A stretch of 63,674 nucleotides of DNA, the filler included, from Streblomastix strix (Eukaryota), in NCBI GenBank assembly GCA_008636045.1. It is 4 parts of 4 records of this genome, joined end to end, with 100 filler letters (N's around TTAATTAATTAA, not from the genome) between each part and the next. Parts side by side here need not be neighbours in the genome. Positions count along the whole stretch, not along the records: positions 31,898 to 47,737 come from SNRW01000923.1; positions 47,838 to 63,674 come from SNRW01000924.1; 2 more parts are not named here. The stretch is one strand, 5' to 3'. This document shows positions 43,729-58,377 of the stretch, piece by piece (the stretch's first letter is position 1; each line of letters opens with the position of its first letter). The notes under the pieces are model-generated. The model had not been told where the DNA came from, did no database searches, and saw only the letters and a program-made list of their open reading frames with translations. A program made the translations under genes and the position numbers.

Positions 43729-44735
43729 CTACAATTAATTAATTATAGAGAGAAAAAGTTAATTAGCGCAAATAAAATTAAAATGGTTTTCTTAATATTA
43801 AGTGAAATTTAAAACATAAAAAAATTTTTAAATAAGACTGTACATAGTAGAATATAACACAATAAAATTAAATAAATAAATAATATTTATATATGTGAAG
43901 AAATGGAGCTGTTTTTTTAAATAGAAAAATAGTGAATGATGAAATTCATCATTTAAGGTTCATTTTTAATTAATTATTATGATTATTTACAGAATAAAAT
44001 ATTATAATATAAAATATATCTATTGATATAAAAATTAATTCAGTTGTTAGCGAAAAAAAAAGTATTTTAATAAATACAATTCAGGGGGACAATGTATAAT
44101 CTAGTCTAAATATCAAATTTCTATATAAGAGTTAAGTATAATTAAATAATAAAATTTATAAGAATTTAACTCAGAAAAATTTTGCTAATAAAATGAGTAA
44201 TGATAGACGAATTAAAAATTTAATTCATTAATATAAATACAAGTAAATATAGAATATGTACAATTTATTATTATTAAATATTACATTATAATTTGTTTGT
44301 ACGAAAAAATCGAGTTTTATTTTCTATCTCGAAAAAAAAAACTAGTTCAAAAAAATATTTTTTATCGTTCAAAAAATTGACATTTCTTAATTACTTGATG
44401 AAATTATAATTGTATTCAGATTCGACAACTGGATATCGGAGTTCGAACTTTTTTAATTTTTTTCAAAGGCGTTGCTTTTCCTACCAGTCATAATCTACAA
44501 ACTTTCTATACATATACTAAATATATTGGATATAAAAATTTTATTTTGAATTCACTTTAATTTCTATTTTATCATCTTACATCTCACTTTTTTTCCATTT
44601 TTTACCAATTTTTTAATTTTCACAAATTATTCTGCTAATTTAGAAAATATCTATTTTTTAGAAATAAATTTCTTTAAAATTATTAACTTTAATTATATTT
44701 TTTGTTTGCTAATAATTTTTCCTATAAATATAAGA

Positions 44736-46791
44736 ATGAGCGGCGATTCTGAAAAAACGAACAGGATTATTAATCAGGGCGCTGATGTTTGCTATTAATT
44801 TTATTTAATTTTAATTTTTTTTTCATAAATTTTCATATTCTTAATTGTATTTAATAGACTGGTGCTACTTCAGCACATATTCGAAAACTTTTCGCTGAAA
44901 ACGAGTCTTTACACTAAGAAAAAGAATAAATAGAATAAAAATATACCGAATAACTAAGCATTGTAGAGAAAAATCTTCGTGATGAAAAGGAGCAGAAAGA
45001 AGAAATTTAGAATAAACTCACTTAAGCAGAAAAAACAATTAAAAAGGAAAGATAGGAGAAAATGGAAGTGAAAATTCAATTATAGAATGAGAAAGAAATA
45101 GAAGCAAAGTTGTTTGAAAAAGAAAAATAAAGATTGAAATTGGAACAGCTACTAAAATATGAATAAGAGGAAAAGAAAGAAGCTTATGAAAGAGCAGAAG
45201 AAGCTGAAAATGCTTAAAAAGATGAGAAAGAAAGAAGAAGGTTGGCTTAAGAAGAAAATGTGAAATTTTTAAGAGAAAATGAGAGGTGTAAGAAAGAAAT
45301 TGAAAGAATGAAACAAATACATGAAACTGATCTGAATCTTGTATGCGATTATGAGGCGAAATATTTATTAGAGGTTGAAGATAAAAAAAGAATGAAATAA
45401 GAATTTGAATAGAGAAGCAAAGCAGACTTAACTTAAAGATAAGAAATAGAAAAATAGAAAAAAGAAGAATAAAAGAAGAAAGATGAAGCTATTGAAAGAG
45501 CCGAGATTGCTGAAAAGCAGAATATTTAATATGAATAAAAACTTCTTTCCGTTATGAATGAAGCTTAAACAAATAAGGAAGAATTTGAGAAAGAAAAAGA
45601 AAAAGCAGAAAAAGAATCAATTAAATCAAAAGAAGAAGAAAAGAAGAGAAAAGAAGCAGAAACTGAAAAAAGAAGAATTGAAGAAGAAAATTTTGAGAAG
45701 AAAAGAGAAAATGAAAAGATTAAATATTAACTTGCATTATTGAAATAGAAGTTTGGGGAATAGAAGATTGATGAAGAAATTAAATTGATTGAAGAAAAAG
45801 AAAAGGAAAGAAATGAACAAATTCAATGATTGAAGGAATAAAATCAGAAAATTAAAGAATAAATTTAGAATGAAAAAGAGAATTAAATTAAAAAAGAAAA
45901 ATAAGAGAAAGAAAGAAATATTCAAAAAGAAAAAGAAGCTGAAGAATAAATAAAGAAATTATTAGAGGAATAAAAGAAATAAAAAGAAATGCCAATCATT
46001 GCAATTCTCAATTTAGATTCAACAAAAATTGATGTTACTGATATAAACGATGGAATGAAAAAGATCATTAAGAAATAATCGGATGGGAGATATTATACAT
46101 TTTCACTTACATAAGTTCTGGAGAATGGAATTTGGTCCTTGGAAGCTCAATTTTCTAATTTAACAAGAGGTTGTGTAGGTATTTAATTATTTTTATAAAA
46201 TTTAAATAATTTTTATTTTATTAATTTATTAGTCATTGGCATTGTTCGGGATTCACATAACATTACTGCAAATTGTCATCCAGTCCACAGTCCAAGTTTG
46301 TTATTTTAAATTTTAAGTTTCTTATATTAAATTTTATAATTATATTTATTAAATCATTTTATTTTAGATAATTAACACATGGCTTTCATTGGAAATAAGT
46401 ATATAATTTTTATTATTGTTATAATATATTATTAAATTTGTGAATAGGAAATGGTCAAATGATGTTTGGTATAAAGGAGTAGAGACTTCAGGAAATCAAG
46501 GATTTGATAACAATGAGATTGTCAGATTAGAATTTGATTCTGAGAAAGGAACACTCACATTCTTCTTGAATGATGTTCAACAGCCAGTTTACATTTCAGG
46601 AATAAAAGAAAAAGTCAGATTCGTTGTATGATTAAATTAATCAATTGAATAAATATTTTTAATTCCTTCATTTTAAAATTAATCAGTTTGCTTTGTGTTG
46701 TCAAAATGAAACTTGCATGATTCGTTCTCTGAAGAAACTTGCAGCAGCAACAGCTTGTCATGTTGCAAATGAGAAAGCTGTTCAATGGTGA
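44736..46791 (+). CDS. E/K/Q-rich coiled-coil protein with C-terminal SPRY/B30.2-like domain; one in-frame TGA at 45827
   Basis: MSGDSEKT..., heptad-like region, SLTQVLENGIWSLE, IGIVRDS, IVRLEFDSEKGTLTFFLNDVQQPVYISGIKEKVRF...AVQW*. Five GT-AG introns, all phase-consistent. Confidence 0.8.
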
Positions 46792-47619
46792 GGAAGGATG
46801 AACTGCAAAAAAAACAAAGATAAAAAGATGAAACAAAGTCAAATAATTCCTATTGAAATCACTGCATTTTAATCTTTCATTCGCATATCGCTTTCAAAAT
46901 AGCACTCACATCAGTTAACATATTGCCAAACATAACCAAATAAACAGTAGATGAGTTAAATCATTATTTATTTGTTGTTTAGAAAAAGATATATAAACTT
47001 ACGATGTGAAAAAATTAAAATTTATTTATTTGTAAAATTAACACGAAGGTTTTTAAAAGAAAAAAGTAAAAATATAAAATAATTCAAAAAAAATATGTCA
47101 ATTTAATAAACAATATTAAATTTCTAAATAATTTATCAAAGTATATGATTAAAATTGCTGAATATCTGCAATTAAATAAGTTCAAAATGAAGATAATCTA
47201 CTGTTTTACATATATTTGGAAGGATTAAGAAAAAATCATCAAATAAACTTAGCAAATTGTTCTTCATGTAATAAATTAAATTCAGATATTGTACAAGGAT
47301 ATATAACATTTTCTACAAAGTCGGAAAAGCAGTCGTAAGCAAGAATAAGTTGTTATAACTTTTTATTAACAATTAACTAATATGAAAATTAAATCATTGA
47401 AATTATTCGTTTGTGTTCATTAATAAGTAAATAATAATAACAAGAAGATTGCTTTTAAATTCCATATTCCATTTATATAAACATAAGTATGCGAGATTGA
47501 TTTACAACAGATTATAATTAAAATCTTGTTTATATGAACAAAAATATTAGTCGAATTTAAATTTTTAGATCAATATTGATAATTAAAATTAGTTTGAATA
47601 CATTAGATGCATATTAAGT

Positions 47620-47737
47620 AATTCCATGTATCAATAATGATCCAAAGCATTATTAATCTTGTAATATTAATGGTGTAATAAAAAGTTCATTAATTACAAC
47701 AGTGAATTTACAATCTCATTAGCTCAAGTTCTTGAAA
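47620..47737 (+). pseudogene. Frameshifted fragment of another SPRY-like paralogue, cut by contig end
   Basis: FTISLAQVLE matches YTFSLTQVLE of 44736-46791; frameshift upstream. Confidence 0.45.
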
Positions 47738-47837
47738 NNNNNNNNNNNNNNNNNNNNNNNNNNNNNNNNNNNNNNNNNNNNTTAATTAATTAANNNNNNN
47801 NNNNNNNNNNNNNNNNNNNNNNNNNNNNNNNNNNNNN
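47738..47837. other. Artificial contig linker
   Basis: N44-TTAATTAATTAA-N44. Confidence 0.99.
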
Positions 47838-48856
47838 TTCCAACATAGAATTCTATCATCATATACATCAGACTGATTAGATCATCTGATCTTCCCAATT
47901 CCACCTTTAAATGGGCTATAATTATACAATCAATAAAATATTATATAGAAATAAAATAAAATAATCTTACCTTTTGGTGAAGCATATCGCATAGTCCCAC
48001 GGAAGTTACACGGTTGTGTTGGCTGTTATAAAATATAAAAGAATAAAAAATATATTCATTTATAAATGAAAATAATTATTTAATAAAGTATTAGGATTAA
48101 AATAGTTAATATAATAAAATATAGAATTGTAAACTTTAATCAGTTTTCCATAACGATACGGCATTTTCTTACAAAGTCCAAAGTCAATTAAATAGATAGT
48201 TCCTGCTGTCTCTTTTGTATTGCCAATCACAAAGTTGTCCTGTAACAAATAAATAATGTAATGAAAGGTGATTTTAGACTAAAATAATATATTGACAAAC
48301 AGGTTTCACATCTCGATGAACCATACCAGCCTTGTGCATCTCGCGAAGAGCTTTTATCGCTTATATGCCAAATTTGAGCATTTAAAGAAGAGTAAACATG
48401 TAAGGCCTGCGGCGGTTCACAACTTGTCTGCAAAATATAATGTTAAATAGATATGATAAATGAGATATTCACAAAAAAATCAATCAATTCATACATTACA
48501 GAAGGGCCAAGCAGCTCCATCGAAACAAAACGATATTATTCATGCATTCCGCACTGATAGAACTTTGCAAAATGGACGCTTCCTAAATATTGGAGGTAAA
48601 ATAGTTTCAGAAATACGAAATTATAGAAACCTTGCAAGGCACGCATCACCATAACCTCGTTTTACTATAAAGAGCAGTTACTGCCCATGTTTTTCTCAAA
48701 TTTTATTGCGCAGTGCTTCGATACTGCACCGTTCTTGTAGAGTGCAGAGTAAATCGATCCATATGTTCCTGCACCGATCTGGCGTTGGATTGTATAGTCT
48801 CGCACAACATCACCCGGATATATAGGTACTTCAGCAGCATTAGGTGGTTTAGTCAT
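47838..48856 (-). CDS. Casein kinase 1 / TTBK-family protein kinase (3' end truncated)
   Basis: IGAGTYGSIY, CAIKFE, MELLGPS, VHRDVKP|DNFVIG, IYLIDFGLCK, FRGTMRYASP; multiple short introns. Confidence 0.9.
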
Positions 48857-49419
48857 CAACAAAACTTTACAAACTAAAAAGAAAATATAAAAATAAAGTA
48901 AAAAATCGAAATGTACGCTGAAAGTGAAAGAATTGTAACTATGTATGAGAATATTTTTATCTAAGTAAAAATATTTAAATGTTTCAAAAGCAATTATGTA
49001 TTAAGAAGGCAAATTGATAGAGTTATAGGAGAATTTATTTTAACTTGTCCCTACAGCTTGTCTCGAATCTTATTTGTAATTTAAAAGTAGGGTGAAAGAA
49101 AAATATAATGGAAATGATTAATAGATAAGATCATCAATCAGTCGTTGCGGAGAAAATTAACTTTTAATTTTTGGGTGCATAACGCAGAAAAAATTTCGGT
49201 AATATTCCAATTTATCTTTATGACAACAAAATTTAATATTATACTAATAAAATAAATGAGGATAAAGTGAAATTAATATATTACAATTATCTGAAATGAA
49301 TTAAATTCCTTCTTTTTAATCCCTTTCTAATAATTATCTTTTTATCATATAAAAAATATGAAAAGATTGAATTTGAAAGTCTTTGTTCTTCTTGTGTAAT
49401 TCTTTCTCATTCACTATAT

Positions 49420-50529
49420 TCATATTTTTTTATCTTTCTCCTTATCATTCTTACTTTAAATGTTATTCACTTTTTCATTTTCATTAATTTATCCTTTTGT
49501 CTATTCATTTGAATCATCCTATTTTTATTCATCATTATTTATATCCTTCATTTTTTCTAATTTTTATTCTTATTCTTTTTCTGTTTGTTATTCTTTCTCC
49601 TGAACCAATAATTTATCTTATTCATTATTTATTTATTATTATTCATTTCCTAAAAGCTTTTATAATTATAATGCTTCAGATGATATGTTTTGATTAGGTA
49701 AATTAATATGTTATTAGAGATTGTCAATCAATTTCAACTATATGAATTGTTATTTAGTTTCAATTGTTCCATGATTAAAGAGTTTACTGAGAAGTTAAAG
49801 TCTATAAATTACAAATTTATTTCTTTTATCTTATAACTTCTGAATTTAATCTGCAAGAAATCCTTCATCAAGTATAAATTAGTGATTTTCTTTTAACAAT
49901 ATTATATAAACAATTATTTGTATTCATAATACAGAAATATTATTAATATAATTAAATATATTTTTTCAATAATTTATATTCCAGATACCTTGACATTCTG
50001 CTAAGAAAGAAATTGCAAGGATCGATCGGCTAAATGGAAATGCATTACTTGGATTTGCTTACTCCTTGAGGAACTTGATTATCTCAGGACCATACTAATA
50101 ATCAATCTAAACAGCTTTGTAAATACCTCCAATTGCAACTGCCGCAAATTGGTTGATTCTTTAATCTTAAAGCTTACAATTCAAGAATACCTGCACAATC
50201 TTATCCACAGTTCCATCTCTCTCAAATTCTTCTTTAACTGGATTCTGCTCTCCATCTTTAACTTAATGACCAAATGCAAGTACATATCTGAAGATATTCC
50301 CTATTGCAGAGAAGTATGGATCATCATTACTCAGGATATCAAGTCTTTTAATCATCTTATTCATTATGCCACTCATATATTCCTTCATTTTACGATCAAC
50401 TAAGCCTGCACTAATTATTTCAAGAACTACTTCAAAGTAGATCCTATATATTTATTCTACTTCCATTTCATTAATAATCATCATTATCTTCTCAAATATT
50501 CCATGTAATTGTGCCTTTTCTAATAATTG
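49420..50529 (-). pseudogene. Decayed C-terminal helical module downstream of the kinase stop
   Basis: GEQNPVKEEFERDGTVDKIV...AAVAIGGIYKA...FLAECQ|ENHQFIL. It is separated from the kinase by an in-frame TGA and contains frameshifts. Confidence 0.6.
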
Positions 50530-52707
50530 TCAATTTCTCTTAAGTATATTTATGGTATTTGCACAAATTATTTCCTTCTCAAGCAATTGCAAACTATCAA
50601 AATTATCTAAATACATCTTGATTTACTCGAGTGGCATATTCAATTCACGAAATTATTTCTCAGTGTCTAATTATTGTGGAGTAGCAATGAAAGATATTGA
50701 AGTCAGAACCTTGCTTTCTTTTTCTGTATAATATGCAATATGTGGATGTACAGTTTTATTGATATCAAGAGGTTATTCATTTTATTAAATTTCATCTTAT
50801 TTTCCTTCTTTTGTTTCTTTATCAATCGATTCTTATATTTCAATACCACTTTCTGATTCTTCATTAATCTCATATAATTCATAGTTTACTAATTATGGAT
50901 ATATAGTTAAATTAGATTATGAATAAGATTAATTCGAAGTTGAGTATGACATTGATGAATCATTATAGTATTGTGATGAACTTTTGAAAGTAATTTCTCC
51001 ATCTTATAACTATTAACATGTTAATTATATTTTCTGACATTTAAGTATTTCTTCTTCCAAAAATTTGTAAATCTCATGTTCAGGTATTACAAATGTAGGA
51101 TCCTCATCAAATAGAGATTTATTCTAAATTCCAGGAATTTCTTATATTTTGGCTTCATCAGCTAATTTCTGTTGTTCTGGTGAAATATCAGCTAAAGCTT
51201 CAGGACTTTAAAAGTATGGATGTTGAAGAGCTTATTCTGCTGATATTCTTTTATCTGCATTGAATTCAAGCATTAAAGACAAAAGATTCCAAAGATTGTC
51301 ATCTTTAATTTCTGGAGGTCTCTCAAATCTATTTATTTCCTAATATTTTCTATTTTATCAATGGGAATAATATTTAATTACGATTATCAAATTTTTAATA
51401 ATAAAACATACCTTCGAAATTCATCAGTTTATGTCAAATTCAGTGGATATTTATGTGTAATAAGACGAATCATAGTAACGCCAAGAGAAAAGATATCCAC
51501 TTTCTGGGTTATTCTCTCTGGTGGCTTTCTTAATATCTCAGGTGCCTAAATAATAAGATTAAATAAATACATAACATAATTATAATTATAATTAAATAAA
51601 AATGATCAAAAAAAATGTTTAATCTATTCTGATATAAATTCTGTTTTATTTCTATTTAAATTATTTTCTATATTTTCTAACACACCATGTAAGGCTTTGT
51701 TCCAAATGTCATTTAATTCAATAGATTTTCCAAATTTGAGAAACCAAAATCAGAAATCTTGACATATACACGACCAGATCCTGGAGGACAATGTAACAGG
51801 ATATTATCACATTTAATATCCCTAATTAATCAAAAAGATTTTGCAGATATCTATAAAACAAATATAATATTGATATAACATACCTGTGAACAAGTCCAGC
51901 AGCATGAAATACTTACATTCCTACAACTACAAAGAAGAGAAAATGAAAATTGTGAAAAAATAAAAATAAATTCTAAAACGGATTTATTTGAATAATGCTC
52001 TGAATATGTACGAAGGAAGTGGAATTGGTGGTTTTTTCTATTGTTTTGCAATAATATTCAATGTCTAAGATAGAAAATAAATGATTATATGAAAAATCTA
52101 TTATTTGAATTGAAACCTTCATATTAGCATATTCGGTGAGAATGATAATTTGCGATCCTTAATTATAATGTCTGATATAATCAAGTATGAAAGGACAGGA
52201 TTTACCAACTCTATTAAGATTAATGAAATTAATAAATTAAATTAAATGTAAGAATTGAATATACCTCCATAGAATGTCAACCGATTTCCATTCTCTATCA
52301 TCAAACTTTTTTAGTGGAATAATTTTTGTTGCAATTATCTAATTTTCTCTGAAGTCATATGACAGAAAAACACTACAAAAACAAATAATATAATATATAA
52401 TAATTAGAATTGATGATAAAAACAAAATCAACCTTCCAAAAGATCCATGACCTGAAAATGAAATAAAAACAGATGATAAAAACAATATATTAAAAAAATG
52501 AATTATACCAAGGGGGCGAATCGGCTGAAAATAATATTAACATTCAAATTAAAATAAACGTTAGTCATTAAATAAAAAGAAAAGAAAACATACAACAAAT
52601 CCGTATTAACGTAGAATCTTCTAATTAAATTCCAAAAGTGCAATAAATTCTTAGTAATTGCTTTTTTCTTTTCCTTTTAAATGTATAAAAGACTATTAAT
52701 CTTCCAT
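50530..52707 (-). CDS. Ser/Thr protein kinase, intron-rich
   Basis: LGHGSFG, IATK, VHRDIKCDNILLHCPPGSGRVYVKISDFGF, GTKPYM|APE, VDIFSLGV, KRISAEQALQHPYF; several micro-exons. Confidence 0.88.
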
Positions 52708-53294
52708 CAAAATCTAACTCTACTACAAAAAAATAAAATGATTATAATTTCATTTAACACATTAATTTTGTGGAGAAACAGTAGTTACAAGTTAATTTCA
52801 AAGCTCAAGGAATTTTCACTAAATTAACTGGTTAAAATCATGCATAACTAATAAATTTGAATTTATATAAGCTTTGTGTAAAGAAATATTTTTGTTTGTA
52901 TATAAATTATTCCTTGTAAACAAGAAATTTTAGTTTTTTATTGAAAGTTTGTTTTAAAAATTTATATTTGATTTTAATATTGGAGTTTAAAGAACAATTA
53001 TAATATATAATTTAAACACTTACAATAAAAATTATATATATTCAATGGCAAACTGCAGGAAAATTTTTTAATTTTCCACTTTATATTCAAGACAACAAAA
53101 TTTAATAATTTTAACTTTATGTAATGACATTTAATTCATCATCATTCCTATATTGACTTTTGAATATCGCACGATCAAGTTCAACAGAAATTAACATTCA
53201 CGATTATACAACATAAAATAATGCTTAATATCTTTGTAAGTATTCTTAATTTATTAATATTTATTAACCATATATTCATAATATTCATCCAAAA

Positions 53295-56142
53295 TCAATT
53301 CGGGTTCAAAATATGATCAGGAAATCGTGCAAGATATTCTATATTTAGTTAAAATAGTAAAATAAAAAAATATATAGCAAAATAAATTTATAAAAAACTA
53401 ATAATTTCGTAAAATTATACCTTTGATCATATTTTTTAAATTATAATCAGGTAATAATTCTTATTTCAAAGGTTTTCTATTGATTGGAGAATATGGGTTT
53501 GGACGTGAAAGAACATTTTATATCATCTCTCGTTCATAAGCTTATCCATCAGATGCTCGTACAGGACTTTTCATAATCTGAAATTCATCAATAAATAATT
53601 GAATATTTATTTATTTATTTAAAGTTATTAAATATCTAAATCAGCAAACCAATCGTGAAATTGGGCATACAAATCCCATCTATCTTGCATATTCTTCTGT
53701 TCCAAGATCAGTGCAATCTTTTTATTATGAAACAGCCATCTACACAACTTATGCCCTTTATTACTATGTGCCCAAAATGGACTATGATAAATTCTCAAAT
53801 ACATTTGGCCCTTATTGATGGTATTATTTGTGTATAGGAATATTTGAGTCTTAATATATATTTGATGCATCAGAAGGAATATCAGAGAATGTTTATTAAT
53901 CTGCGAATGAATCTAAGAAAGTTAAAGAAGGGAAAGGATTATAAGAATATTAATTATTATCTTCATCATTACTACTATTACTACTACTCTAACTATTACT
54001 CTAACTATTATTCCTCTATTTTTATGTTCTTTATTCATTACTACGACCTCTAATTATATGTGAACTTTGATTATTGGTCTAAATCTGGCTTTCATCCTCA
54101 TAAATATCATCAATCTATTTAATCTAATTCAATATGCAATTATTCTATTAAATATTACTTTTAATATGAATGGGATGTATTTAATTTAACAACATCTAAT
54201 TATTATGAGAAAAAGCACCTTCTTCATTTTATTTGTCCTTATTCAATGTTAGTAATTCAGATTTGGTAGAATATTCTGTTTATTATTTAGCTTATTATTA
54301 TTACTTCTTATTTCTTCTAGGCCTCAGATGATAATTAACAAAACTAGAATGAAGCCACAATGAATTAACGCTCTACATTTATCTTGCTAATATATATGCC
54401 ATCTTTATAGAATGTACTCCATCAATGTGAATGTGATAGATTGGGACTAATTATGAAATGTTATGAATATATTTAGTTTAATTAGTTTATAAACTAATTT
54501 GGTCAGAAATAGAATTTTATGACTATTATGGTTTCTGTTACTATTATTATTATGAATTTTTAACTTCTTATTCAACCAATGAATTTTTCTCTTTATCATC
54601 AGAAACTAACAATGAATCATTATCATTTTTATTTTCAGGGAGATGTCCCTTGTTATTGATATAAGGAAATTGCTATGTGTAGGGTGGATAAATGTGATGT
54701 TTATTTGGAATCTAGTATCTTCCAAACTATTCTTATATTTAAACGTCTGTTTATAGTTTAGATTCAACATGCATATTATACAATGGGCAATAAGCAGCAT
54801 AATATGGATATATTTCATTTTAATTTGGAATTAAATCTGGATATTGAATATCTTAAGGTTATTATTAATTGAATGCTTATTATGCTTATTAAGATTAAGA
54901 TGATAAAGAAGGTCTTTTATTATTATTAATTCTATAAAATTATTTTTATTGTATCTTTTAAACACTAATTATTCTGGCAGAGAGTACAAAATCAGGAATG
55001 ATTTGTGTATGGTTTGTTAAATTGAGAGGTATCAAATATCCAACATCAATTACTTAATTATCAATCTATTCTTAAGAAGAAGAATTTATATTTGCATCCT
55101 TTACTTCATAATCATTAATCAATTATTCTTCTTATTGTTTCTATATTTATATTATTTTGTCCTTATATTTATGTATAACATTCTCTGTAACATCATTCAA
55201 TATGATGTATGGAAGAATAAATTATGCAATTCTATTAATTTGCTATGTGGTAAATTCTACAGATTGTAGAAAATCTTTATTTAATTACTCAAATGAACTA
55301 AATTTGAGATTGTAGGATTTATATTTCTATTTTAATATTTAGTGATAATTGCTGAATTACTTTAATAATTCATCTTCATCATATGATATTACAATTTGGC
55401 CTTGAATGAACCGAAGAGGGCGATGCTGCGGTACTTGTAATCCTTGAGGGTATACAGATGGAGGTGGAATTTTCATTGCTTCAAAATAATTGATTATTTC
55501 CTTTTTAATCCCAATACATGAAATTACAAATTAGTTTTTGTTATTATTAGCTATAAATTAATAATTTGTTATAAATTAATTTATATTAAAAATAATAACG
55601 CATACCATTCGTTAAAAGACAGAAAACATCTTAGAAATCAAATTCGGTTTTTAAAGAAGTATTGAAAAGCTAATATGTCTTTCCTTCAGTGTATTAAAAC
55701 ACATGAAGATTCCCTTATAATGCTGTTATTTCCCGGTGCCATGCCAAATATTTCACTAAAATCTAAAAAAAATTGAAATTGAAATTGATAAATAAAAATT
55801 ATTATATTAATTTGTAGTTATATTTTGATTTTCATAAAACTTAATACCTCTTTTTAAAAAATAATGTCGTAATGATGACCACCAGTTGAAAAAAAGTCGC
55901 ATTATTTACCAAAAAGGAAATCTATATATTCCTCTGATATGGTTTTCCAATCAACAGGCATTTGCTTATTTAGTAGAGGATTTTCAATGTCTTCAAATGA
56001 AAAATCTTAATCGCTTCGAATGCTACCTTCGTCTTCTTTCATTTTCTGTAAATAAAATATTTATGTGATTAATAAAACTTAGATGATAAATATTAGATTT
56101 ATAAAACAAAGTTACAATCAGCATATCTTGCGTAAAGCGCAT
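53295..56142 (-). CDS. Second U-box domain protein (Q-rich; 5' exon structure uncertain)
   Basis: GFVCPISRL|IMKSPVRASDGQAYEREMI...SPINRKPLKQELLPDYNLKNMIK|EY; TGA at 53295-53297. There is a phase conflict near 55755. Confidence 0.8.
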
Positions 56143-56354
56143 TTTAATTCTTGAGTGTTTTATTCGATAAGGAAATTAGAATTGTTTTAGCAAGATCTAA
56201 ATTTATAAAAATTTAATTTATATTTTTTTTAAAAAAAACATATATAATTATGATTTTGTTGTTGAAATGCCATAAAAAAAAGAGATTTATTAGAAAGCAA
56301 AGAAAAATAAAGAAAAACAATTAAATACAAAAAGATTAAATCTTACTAAAATTT

Positions 56355-57853
56355 TCATTCCCATCTCTTTCCCCATTCTAATGATCTTGATCCTGAAGAA
56401 TATTTTGCTGTTGGTTTTGAGAGATGAAGGATTTTAACTGTGTATTAAGAATTAGGCATGCACACGTGAACCTGTATATAAATGAAGTAAAAAGATTTAA
56501 AAATAAGAATAAATAATCTAAAGACAATAAATATTATACCCAGAATCTAATAGCAGAAGGAATACCGACGACGTAATTTGGCTACATCATACCATCAACA
56601 TAAAATGTAACTTTTCTGGGTACTTTCCGCATATCAACTTCTACAGCTACTCTTTAGCCATCGTTGTTGAAGGATGCATTTCCTAATATATTATCAGTAA
56701 TGTGGTCAAATGTGCCACTGAAAAAACAATTTAAGTTAAAGAAAATAAAATTAAAAAAAAATCCGAACTTTCTAAAGTAGCGAACTGTTTTGTTTTTATC
56801 TTCACATGTCAAAATGAATAAATTAATTATATATACATAATAATATTATTAGTTTCTATTAATTTATATAATGAATAACACTCCCATCATTCACTGGTTC
56901 CCTATTAGCATTAAAAATAACTGAGGAATCTGCAATTCCCAGACCTAAAATATAATACATACATACAAAGAGAAATATTAAATTATTAATAAAGAATAAG
57001 ATTAATAAATAATTCATTAAATGACAGTAATTAATATATTTGTGAAAATAAAACTTTTATTAATTTTGAAATACTGAAGTTGAATACAGCATTATAAAAC
57101 ATGACTTCAAAACGAACAATACCATTTGTTATTATTGGATTAAATGCTATTGTGCAACTTGCATTACAATCTGCATGAATGAATCTTGATCCTGCAAAAC
57201 TACCTTAAATTCCAACTGGTATGATTGGTTTAAATTTAATTAATCTATTTGAAGATGAAGAAGATGAAGATGATGAAGATGATGAAAATGATGATTCAGA
57301 ATTACTGTTTGTTTCAGGACTGGATTCATCACTACTCGAGATTTCTTTACTTTTCTTTCTCTTTTTTTCTATTTCCTTCTTTTTTATTTTTATTTCTATT
57401 TTTATCTTCTTTTTTTACTTTTTCTTATTATCTGAACTACAAGATTATTCCAACTCAATCTTCTCTTCTTCTTCTTTCTTTATTTACTTTAGATATTCTC
57501 TTTATACTTTCTCTTATTCATCATCTTCTATTATCATTCATAAAATTGTTAAACATTATAAAAAGCAAATCTACAAAATATGAAAAAAGTTTGAGAATAC
57601 TTAAAAGATTGTAGAAAGGTGCACTAATCTTAGATGCTTGATCTGGAGTTAGTGACAGCATGGAAATGAGTTATTTTTCTATAATGGCATCCGTCTCCTG
57701 TACTTGAAATGCATTAATGAGAAATGAAGCACTTTCAGCAAGGAATGAAGCAACATTCTATTGGCGTTCTTCATTGGCATCAACCATTTTAATTCCAAGA
57801 GCATCAAACACTCTTTGTGGAATAAGTTTGAAGCTATTAATGGGTTAAATCAT
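56355..57853 (-). CDS. Coiled-coil plus SPRY/B30.2-like domain protein
   Basis: IAFNPIITNGIVRFE, LGIADSS, VAVEVDMRKVPRKVTFYVDGMMQPNYVVGIPSAIRFW...LEWGKRWE*; GT-AG introns. Confidence 0.8.
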
Positions 57854-58377
57854 GCAATTAATAAAAATCTGTAGCAAAATATTTAATAAAATAAATAAAT
57901 AAAAGTTCAAATAACGCATAATTGGAAAAATTTCTGTTGGTAAGTTAATCTGAGCCAGAAATTTGATAAAATGAAATTATTGTAGATAAAACAAACTGAA
58001 AATATTAGTATTCCAAGTAAATTCATTCAAAATAGCAAAAAATTCCTTAAATTAAATAGTTATTCATGTTTTAAAACTAACTCTGTAATTATTCTTTATC
58101 TTTGAGTTTTTTATAAAGAAAAATCTACAGTTAACTTATATGTTTATTTTTTCTTTGCAATATTAAGAAAAAAATAACTCTGTTTAACATAGAAGCAAAA
58201 AATTAAATATTACGCTAACCAATATATTTCTATAATTGTTCGCTTTTATTTTCTAGTAAATAATGGTTATTAAAGTTATTATACCACCATCGTATATTTC
58301 CTCCAACAGAAAATTACCAAGAAAACCTTGTTTTTTGTAAGATATTATTTTATTTATTTATTTGCTTTAATAAGACC

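Noticed and set aside
45827..45829. Selenocysteine assignment for the in-frame TGA
   Set aside because: Lies in a coiled coil with no redox motif, and no SECIS element was recognisable.
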